Assembly (NCBI GenBank): GCA_040285855.1
Contig: JAUFOQ010000001.1
Location: 2,108,001-2,172,000, forward strand
Source of the DNA: Eukaryota sp. GEM-RC1
Lineage: Eukaryota
Reading direction: 5' to 3'
DNA: 64,000 bases
The notes beneath the pieces are model-generated. The model did not search any database. It was not told where the DNA came from and saw only the letters and a program-made list of their open reading frames with translations. Positions 54,556 to 64,000 of this stretch are shown in pieces. The first letter of the stretch is position 1, and each line of letters opens with the position of its first letter. The translations under genes and the position numbers were made by a program.

Positions 54556-56866
54556 ATTTTTTGCGTCTTTTTCTAATTTTCCTCAGGGCTACCAAAATAA
54601 TACGATCTTATAATTCCCTACAAAACCCTACCTCAACTTTGTAGTTTACTTCTGAAAACTAGATCCAGTATAATTTGAATTCCTTGAGATCTATCAACTC
54701 TTCAAATATATATTCTAGGCAAAGAGCTTCTTCTTCATCTGACAGAAGATCATATTCAGTTCTTGAAAGCGGAAGACCTGGTTGGACTCGAAAATTAGTT
54801 CGTTCGAAAGAGAACTTATCAGATGTAAATCGTCTGTAACGACCTGAAGATTTACCAGTTTGCTCCATATAATGGTCCACATTTTGGTATTCATCAATGA
54901 GATCGTTGATTGTGATAACGAATGATTAAAGGTCTTAGAAGACAGACCTGAAACGTATCGAATCAACTAGACCTCATCTAAGCCACACAGTTTAGTTGCA
55001 TTGCAGGACAAATTAACACTGATTTCTTTACTTAACGCGTACTATAAAGAGTTATTTTGCATGTCGTCAACACTTACAGTTCTGCAATCACTACAAACAT
55101 CAGTTGACATTATCTTTATTTCAAAATTTATTAACCAAACTAAACATTGTTAGGGAGGTTATCTTCAACATTCATGATGTTGGAGAAGTTAGCTTGAGCG
55201 GCTTCTGTTAAGTTTGCCTGACTTGATCGACAATGGTTACGAGCCGATATGTATCCTTCGATGTCCTCCAGAAGGAACTTTCTTTCAGCTCTCTCTCATC
55301 TGTCGTTTCAAGTTATCAGTAGTGAGGCGCTGAACAACAAAAGATGCAACGTTGTCAGCAAGCATTTGGTCTTTTGAAATAGCCTCCACGGATTGAATGG
55401 CAAATAGTTTCGCTTTGTAGGATGCTTCCTTACATGGAATGGAACGAAGAGACGCTTTTTGACTCGTACAGAGACTTCCACGTTCTACAAAATATAATAT
55501 GTTCTATATATGATAGATATCTTCAAGTTTTCTGAACTAGAAACGTTTACATTTAAATTTTTACCTGCAATTGTCGCAAATTTACAAATAATGTTGATCT
55601 TATTAACATATATTATACCTTTCATAGAAATACCAACGACACATTATGTGGTCGCCTGAATTGCCAAACTTTCTTCAGCCAAATCACTCAGAATTGGATA
55701 GCTGCCTTTACTTTGGTGCAGATGGAATTCTACAGGTCTTTGTTGGAGTTAAACACATTCAAAGAGGAGAAACAAGAAATTGGTGTAACAAAAATCTATT
55801 GAGTACTACATGTAGTAACGTTGTCAGCATACTACACTCAATCAATTAACCACAAAGACGAAAGTCGATTGGTGTTTTTTCAGTACTCTTCATTTAATGG
55901 AAGATAATATCTATAAACCACATGTAGTGTAATTTGATGCAATGTAATAAATGACTTTAGTCGACTCGACTTGAGAAAGAGATGATTCGACTGATGTAGG
56001 GGAGTCGACTTAGTTGACTATCTGAGTCGATTGCACAGGTCTAGACATATCTTATAATTATTGGAAATACCGTAGCCATATCAAATTTACCTGTGACATA
56101 GAAACTTTCTTTCTGCGCTTCGTTATTATGACTTTTCATGCTTGAATTACGATATTCTCAAAGTACAGCTCATATCCACTTCTTCTTTGGTGCTCCTACG
56201 CCACGAATTACATCTGGAAAACCTAAATAGTCCATAAACTCTATCTTGTTGTCGAACTACTCAACTATCGGAAATGTTACTTTGAGTCTTCATTGGAAAA
56301 TATACATCAATTTCTTCTTCATTACAGTGATGATTTTTGTTTCGTCAGAATGAGTACTAATAAATCTCTTGCCAAGTTTAATCATCACTGAAAAATAAGT
56401 GATGTCAACGATTCATAAATATCTTGTAGACTTGGTCTATGACATTTGAAATAAATGGTTTTGTACTTTTATTTAAGAAAAATATTTGATTACAAAATAT
56501 GTCACACAATTCGTGTGTCACACGGACAGTGAATATGCCACACCGTGTGTTTGTGTAACCTTGTTTTGAATATTAAACTTGTTTTCACACTTCAGCATTT
56601 GTGCAGATATAGTCTCAGTACAAATATATTCTCACTGAGATTTGGTGAGACTAATTTTACCATGAATGTTTATGCACATGAAGACTAAAGAGAAATCGTT
56701 TCAGTGTCATGACTCGTGAAGATTTAACTGAACTGATGAAGAGTTCAAGCCGATATTTCACACATTAAATGATTTGAAATTTTCAATGCTTGAGATTATT
56801 GAACAACGATACTGATGACTATTACAGAAAAATATATTTCGATATTTAAAAAGACGAACAATTCAT

Positions 56867-57185
56867 CTAACAGAATTTGAACCATGTACACGCTGCTCTT
56901 GCGCAATCGGAAGGACATACATCTTGAACAAGTGTAATGCAACCCATATTACACGCTAAGATTAGAGATGTAGAAGTTGAGCAAACCAGACCTAAATGTT
57001 CCTGTAGGAGAACAAGCAACAGCGCATCCGCTAGTTTCAGTAACGCTATAAATAACACGGAGAGCACGAACACAATTATCACATTCGGCATTAGAAGTGT
57101 CAGTAATTTCCTGTGGATAGACAGATGTCTGCCATTCTGCGAACACTGCAGCAAAGAGAAGAGCTATAATGAGTGTTTTGTACAT
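56867..57185 (-). CDS. Small secreted Cys-rich saposin-like protein, 95 aa; exons 57185-56987 and 56955-56867, 31-nt intron 56956-56986
   Basis: Signal-peptide-like MYKTLIIALLFAAVFA. Splicing GTTTG...CTAATCTTAG joins two ORF-track frames into ...ECDNC...GCAVAC...ACNMGC...VCPSDCARAACTWFKFC*, with 10 Cys, an N-terminal CxxC and a terminal Cx5C. Confidence 0.8.
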
Positions 57186-57229
57186 GAACAGAGGAATCTG
57201 TTGAATCACAAGCACGATCAACAATCTTG

Positions 57230-57253
57230 ATCATCATCATCATCATCATCATC
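57230..57253. repeat. (ATC)n microsatellite about 45 bp upstream of the saposin-like gene
   Basis: Directly visible. Confidence 0.9.
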
Positions 57254-59149
57254 AGTACTCATACTTGCCAACACCTCTTTAAAGAACACTACTCAAACAT
57301 CAATGTGTAAATCATCCTAGTTGTGTTTTGTCAAAATATACAACTTCTCAAAACAACCATGAGAAAGAAGCACATCACCAGATTGTTCTGGCTGTTTGAT
57401 GTTCAGGAGCAGTGATGTTTCTGTCCCTTCAGCTACGTTGATACCTCTTCTTCCCTGTCTCCGTTACAACTTTTTTGTCTTTCAAAAAGGTACCTTCTTC
57501 TCAGTTGTGTACTGTAACTTTTACCTCTATTGGTCACATATTACATATGCACCAGTGTCCTTGCCACCTCATGTACTCTTTCTGTTTCATCTTATCGTGA
57601 TAACTGCCCGGTCTCTCCACTCCCATATCAATAACCTCTCCAGAACGCTTGTGATTTGAGTCAAGGTTTTGCGACTTACCAGTGAGATTGAGCTTCATCT
57701 CAAGGCTGCGCTTTCCCCCTTCCTCTTCTCTTCAATGATGTCTAGGATCTCCTCCCTTCTCAATACAATCTCTCTTCATATTACTCTTGCAGCTCATCTC
57801 AAGTGTACCAGGTCGAGGCGTTTTCCTCTACTCAATAAACTTGAATTTAGCACTAAAGATCGTGTTTAGATGTTGAAACAGTGAAGCACAATTCGTGGTG
57901 GGTTGATACATGTTTCATAAACACACGCCGGAGAGGTCATGAGTCTTACAACCATACTCGTTTGGCAGTCGACAAATTGAATTAGGACGTGACGCTGCTT
58001 TTTTTGAATAAATAAACTTCGAAAATACCAAAATTTGTTTTCAGTTTGTTTTAGTTTTAAGATTAATCATTTTTTGAGATCTATACCTCCTGATATTTCA
58101 AGGGAAATAGCTCAAAACTTCAATAAAATTAGAACTATCGTCGACGTCCCAAAACAAGCAGCCTTAAAAACTATTCAAGCATGCCCTTTACTATGCTTGT
58201 TATTAGGGTCCTTTATATCTCTATTTTGTGTCATGAAAGAACATTCATGCCACGAGCACCATCAATGGATTGCAAATCAATCAGCACTCTTTAAAACATC
58301 CTAGTCAATCATCTAACCAAAAGGAACAGTAACAATCTTCATCAACCACTTCTTGGTCAATACAAGCAATTAGAAGTGTTTTAGCAATATTGACAAGGTT
58401 TACATAAATCTCATTACTTATCGACCGATCTGATACCAAACTCTTGACTAAGGCGGGTGTTCTAGAACAAATACAATTGGTGTATAAATAAATTGAGTCA
58501 CTTCATTGTACCATAGTTTCCTAGAAATATACATTGTAGTGACACTTGTATTTCAGACTTGGCCGTCAGATGTTGCAGATTATTTAAAATGAATGATGGT
58601 TAAGTAGAACTAGTATATTAAAGAGTAAGTTTAGAACGTCTGAATGAAAAAACCGAAAAGAGTTTTCCATTTATGGGAATATGCCTTTCTATTTTTCTCC
58701 ATTAGTTGAGAAACTTTACAAGTTTGGTGTGAAGGTTAATGTAGAGAACCAGTACTACATCTTCAAGAGATCAACAATGAGAGAGATGCCTAGCAGGATG
58801 TCCAGGAGAGAGTGACTTCAGTAAGGATCTGAAAGGAAGATCGATGTAGAATGAATATATGCGAAGATACGAGTTGTAACACAAAGGAACATCTTCAAAA
58901 GTCTGATCGTGAGACACAAGGATGTAAAGATTTATATGATAAGTAACACTAGGAGAGAACTCAAGAAGAGAGTAGACGTCGTTAGCTCCTGGTTTTACAT
59001 AGGTAGTACAGTAGTGTTACCATAATACCGTTGTGCTGAACAAATCTTCAACGCAATGGTTGAAGTTCACCATCTTTATCGATCGTTATTACCTTGTCCG
59101 TAGACTGTGTATTCTGACAACATTATCTTACACCACTTAGATCCGCTCA

Positions 59150-59950
59150 CAATTGCCCCTCAATGACATTCCCTTTCTCCCTCTATTCATCTTCCATACA
59201 CTAGTTCCACTTCCACACCGAGACAATACTCAGCTCTATATGCTCGGCGAAGCTGAAACTGTTGGTGACATTCTGTTCTCTTCTCTCTCTAAGTTTAAGC
59301 TCCTTGTTGATCACCCAGCCTTCAAATCATCAACGATAGTCACCACTTCCTTCGTGAAATCGACGCCGTTTCTCCCGTTGACAGAACTAAGATCGAACTA
59401 GCGCTAACTCAAGATGAAGAAGTTGGTGACGGAACAACCTCAGTCATGATCCTCGCTTCTGAACTCCTTGCCTACGCTAAACCTCTCTTCAACAGTCACC
59501 CACCATCATCGTTGAAGATTACGACAAGCTTGTCTCGAACTAGCGCTAACTCAAGATGAAGAAGTTGGTGACGGAACAACCTCAGTCATGATCCTCGCTT
59601 CTGAACTCCTTGCCTACGCTAAACCTCTCTTCAACAGTCACCCACCATCATCGTTGAAGATTACGACAAGCTTGTCTCCATTGCTTTCGCCATCTTAACA
59701 TGAAACAACAAGAATCAGGTTTCAAACCTTGTCAAGTCTACTCTTGGTAATAAGTTTCTCGTTGTGTCGATCTCATGTATAGTCTTCCAGTTGACGTTGT
59801 TTCCACCCTAACTCAGACTATTTATGATTAAACTAAGGAAATTGACATTAAGGAGTTTGTTAGGGAAAGTATTAAGTGAAGATTACCTCAACCTAGACAT
59901 CTACCCTCAAATGAAGAGAATACTTGAGAATCATCATGTTGTTTACTTAT
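59150..59950 (+). pseudogene. CCT3: Decayed CCT-gamma fragment with internal 142-bp tandem duplication
   Basis: ELALTQDEEVGDGTTSV occurs twice, followed by LVKSTLGNKF and EIDIKEFVR. Confidence 0.8.
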
Positions 59951-60199
59951 GATTCTACTTGTATATGTTAAATCGTCATCTAGCTCTAACATCAAATCAC
60001 TATAGTGAAAGCAAATTTCATTATTTATCTGTTGTTTTGTAGTATTTAGTTGAAGAATGACACTTATTTCTTTAATTAAGATAAGTGTATTAAATATTTC
60101 AAAATTTGTATTCATATCTAAATATGATTATGTTTTCAAATCAGAATTCTATCATGGTTTTAGCTAAATCTTGCATTTTAGGTATTGTCACTAGTTAGT

Positions 60200-60365
60200 A
60201 AAAGAGTAGATTGAACTGTATGAAATCCTTCAGAAACATCAATTAAGAGAGCTAATTAAATTAATCGCATGATTCTGCTCTTATTTGATGACGTGACGCT
60301 CTACAGATTGACTCAATTGGATTGCTTTCCGGGCAGTATGGTGGAAGAATAACGGACGTTCCCGC
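60200..60365 (-). mobile_element. Tc1/IS630 transposase C-terminal relic
   Basis: VILPPYCPESNPIESI matches the LPPYSPxLNPIE motif. Confidence 0.75.
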
Positions 60366-61589
60366 AGAACTTCCGCATAGATCCAAATTACCCGCTCTGC
60401 CTGCTTTCTTCCTCGTCCTCTACATGTTTTCAAAAGCACCATTTTCTCGTTCCATTTTGCACAGAGGGAACAATGACCAATTCGTCAGACACCATACGTA
60501 AGTACTATTTGCGCTCCTTGCTCCAGCGGGAGTCTTTTAAATATGCGAATTTCGAGATCCAGAAAACTCATAAGGGAACCTGTGACTATGACGTCGTTTT
60601 GTTGATGATCATTCGTAAATTAAATCTTTTGAGAATTGGACAGTGTGTTGAAAGAATGCGTCATTTAATGCCTGGAAAAGACTGGACTTAGGAGATCGGG
60701 ACGTATGTTTGGAAAGTCGGATAGACGAAGCTGTAAGGCAACAAACGCTCCTCAGGAAGAAATTGGATGACCCAACGTATGAAACTCTTTTGAATGTCCT
60801 GAACAAGACTAAGCAATGATTTTATTTAAGAATGGTGTTTCAATGATAAATTGGTTTATTTTGTTAACTGAAGTGGTCCTCTTGAGGAGTCTAATTGGTT
60901 AAGACAGTCGATGAGTCTTTGTTCATTGGAGATTTTATCACGAGAACTAGTACGAAGGTTCTTGGCAGCGGTGTTCAGTATGGCGTTCCAGGCTTCCGAA
61001 TCTTTAGGCAGCCATGTTTTGAATACTTCCTTGGCCAAGGAGAGTATGTCGGCGATAGCATGTTCATTTGGTTGGGTGCTCTTTAGTTCGTCAACTTTAG
61101 AGCACTGTCTTACATTTGGTTAGGTTTTAGTGACACTTTTCATCCTTCTGTTCAAATACACAACTTTCAAAAGACTGCCTTTTGTCTAAAAAGTATAGAT
61201 TTAACCAGGGATGCCGTGTATTAGATTTTGGCAATATATTGGTATTGTAATACGACTTACAAATCAATACTGTATTGGTTACAATATCAGTTTATTATTA
61301 AAAACATCATACATTTAATCTTCCTTATCTTCCACACTCCAATGTGATACACAGGCAGTCCTGATAGTTTTCAGAAGAAAGGCAGAAACGATTGTACCCC
61401 ATACAAAGTCTCACACGAGAAAACAATCGTTTAACTTCGACGGAAGTTGCTGGAATAAACTGTAAATTCATTTGTTGTTGGCAATTCCTCTGCTTTCAGC
61501 ACCCGTTCCTTGAGTCTTCGTTTGTTAGTCACAAGCGTGCATATAGTTTGTCTAGCTTCTTCAAGGTGTCATCAAGGTAGAAACTGAAC

Positions 61590-61940
61590 TGTTTCAGTTC
61601 AAGCTGCCATCAGTGAGCTGTACAACCCATCATTGGAATTTTTGTGAGCCTACTAAGTTTTTTGATGGCTTCACATTTATCTGCACAGATAAAAAACACG
61701 TTTTTAATTGATTTTCCGAATTCAGATAAAATCTGATCTAACATAACGTTCGTCTTTTCGGAACCAAAGTTGGTTTGGGTTATGTAACAGTCTTGGAGCT
61801 CTAAACCTTCTTCAATTTTAATGGTTTTAAAGCAAGAAGCACTGGCTTTGGTTGGTCAACAATAGCACAAAAGACACCAAGATATTGTAGAACAGAGTGA
61901 TTTTCTTGCCATCCATCAAGAATAAGTCCACAACCAGATT
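61590..61940 (-). mobile_element. hAT-like transposase core relic
   Basis: GLILDGWQ...YLGVF...FGKSIKNVFFICADKC...IPMMGCTAH. Confidence 0.8.
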
Positions 61941-62981
61941 CCATTAAGTTGGTTAACTGGCATTTAGCAGCGACATAAGTGATAGATGTCCAAATACTTT
62001 ACAAGTGTATCTGATGGAATTGATTTGTGTGTACGAGATGTCGGGTTATGCTATTTGAGGAGACTTCCTGAACCTTAGAAAACTCATCCTCCCAGTTCTG
62101 ATGCTTATTCACATGCCCAATTAGATTAGTCCAACCAGAACCTGTCTAGCGTCTCTCCACAAACCTTTCCAAGTCTCTGTGTTGTCAACTGTTGATTGGA
62201 GCGTGTAAAACACCTTACATATGCCCTTGTTATCTGACATGATGAAAAAATAAATTCTATATTTTGACTCTTTATTAAAAATATATACTATTGGCAATAT
62301 TGGCAATTTGTTGGTATTGCAAAACAGTAGACCATTCAACATAAATTGGTAGTGATTGGCAATCCAATCTTCGGCATCCCTGACTATAACCATGTATATG
62401 GGGCGTAGTGTAAGTTTTGCAACTGAACTGCTAGGAAACTCTAGTCAAAATCATAGGTCTATGTATGGTTGATGGAGGTGGGAAGGAGACATCACAGACT
62501 CAATACATCTTCTTCGTTATGTCAACTAACAACTGTGTGGCATCGTGAAGCCACTTCTTCATTTATTCTCTTGTCTACTCTAGTGTTGTCACATCTCCGA
62601 CAGTTCTTCGTCTAACCCCATAGTATAGTGGCTATATTGTCGTTTAGACATTTCAATGGCACATACATTGTTTCTGAATGTTCTTGAAACACTTTGTTTG
62701 TTTATGGATACACAGTCTGCGTATTCTGTGGAGTACATATAGTTTCTAATCAGCTTTGATGGTATATAGCAGTCATTAGAAAAACCATGATAACGAAAAT
62801 AAAGTGCTGCACGACAATGTGTCATTTCGAAGTTGTGTGGTAAGTTGTCAATTAACCATTTCGCTTTATAAATGTAATATACTAAACAATCAAAAGTTGT
62901 ACCCACACTATATGTAGATGTCTGTGCACTGAGTGCTATTTCGATTGTAAATACACTATGTGAATAGCGAAAACCGTATAC

Positions 62982-63800
62982 CTAATAGTAGAAATCTAAT
63001 GTTGGAATTCTTTCTAATACATCTGCCAAGAATCTAACACCTTCAGCATCAATACTGTTGTTTTTAAGATTAATTATTGTTATTGTTGTATTAATTTTCA
63101 ATGTTTCTGCCAATAGTTTAGCACCTCCAGCAGTAATGGAGTTCTCTGGAAGAGACAGTGTTTCCACTGTAGTATTGACTATTATCATATCTGCCAATGA
63201 TCTGACACCTTCATCACCGAGACAGTTTTTAGCCAGTTCAACACTTTTCACAGTGGCGTTAACTTTTAACGCTTCTGCCAACATTCTGACACTCTCATTT
63301 TCAATAGAATTTCCAGACAGACTAATTGAAGGTCATTGATAAATACTTGTCAAAGTAGAATTTACCTTTAACACATCTATCAGTACTTCTACACCTTCAA
63401 CTCCAATAAAAATACCCAAAAGATCGATACGTGTCAAATAACAATTTAGTTTCAATGTTTCTGCCAATAGTCGAAAACCCGCAACCCCAATAGTGTTGTC
63501 CCAAATACTACAACTTTTCACAGCAGTATTTACTTTTAACGCATCTTCCAAGACAGTTACTGTTAGTGAATTGTGACGTGGCAGTAGTTCTTCTTTCTTG
63601 TATAGATCAATAAACAAGCTTTTCTTCATTCCATTGGTGAAAGTACCAACATTACACCTTCATTTCCGATAGAGTTATACATGAGAGCAATATGTTTCAA
63701 CGTAGAATTTACTTTCAATACTTCTGCACGTAATCTAACTACTTCTCATGAATGCAAAACTGCAAAATTCAAGCCTCGTTATGGGGATACTTTCTTTCAG
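62982..63800 (-). pseudogene. RNI-like leucine-rich-repeat gene, disrupted
   Basis: Repeated LKVNxTxxxxxLxxNSIGxEGVxxLA units, an in-frame TGA at 63333-63335 and a further out-of-register LRR near 63640-63740. Confidence 0.75.
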
Positions 63801-64000
63801 CAATTGGATTACTGATAAAAAACATTAAGAATCAGTACAACAAACGAAGATCTGTTTGAGATCAATAAAGATTGCTGAAAATGTGTAGTCCCTGTTGGCT
63901 CTTTGGGGTTTACCCTGATAGAAGGAATGGAAGTAGAACAAGATATTGAAGAAGACAGCCTTGACTTCCTTGACTTATATCCAGAAGTTCTATGAATTCA

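Noticed and set aside
62589..62906. 105-aa ORF, and similar short ORF-track entries such as 11336-11632 and 28462-28710
   Set aside because: No recognisable motif or reliable start codon; cannot be supported as genes.
63320..63348. Possible 25-nt GT-AG intron removing the LRR stop codon
   Set aside because: Splicing would shift the frame; a deletion junction between repeats fits better.
1..64000. Alternative genetic code as the reason for the short ORFs
   Set aside because: The intact genes end in TGA and TAG, and the relics contain frameshifts as well as all three stop codons.

Overview
AT-rich, gene-poor eukaryotic nuclear DNA, probably from a protist. Evidence: tiny GT-AG spliceosomal introns, TAG/TGA stops and no operons. 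Three genes look intact: a bacterial-type class I SAM methyltransferase split by a 30-nt intron (1325-1927, -), a 501-aa orphan multi-pass membrane protein (41899-43404, -), and a 95-aa secreted 10-Cys saposin-like peptide split by a 31-nt intron (56867-57185, -). The ORF track shows both intron-containing genes only in fragments. A second methyltransferase copy and an LRR gene appear broken. The rest is largely transposon decay: hAT, Mutator, Tc1/IS630, pogo-like, LTR and probable non-LTR relics, hAT MITEs with 8-bp TSDs, a solo LTR and an inverted duplication with arms of about 5-6 kb. The most unusual feature is a composite repeat family of about 11-12 copies. Its modules occur in a fixed order, include a decayed chaperonin CCT3 fragment with a near-invariant 80-bp core, and usually end in a 9-bp-stem/5-nt-loop hairpin whose substitutions mostly preserve pairing. 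All alignments and translations were done by eye, so repeat boundaries are approximate.
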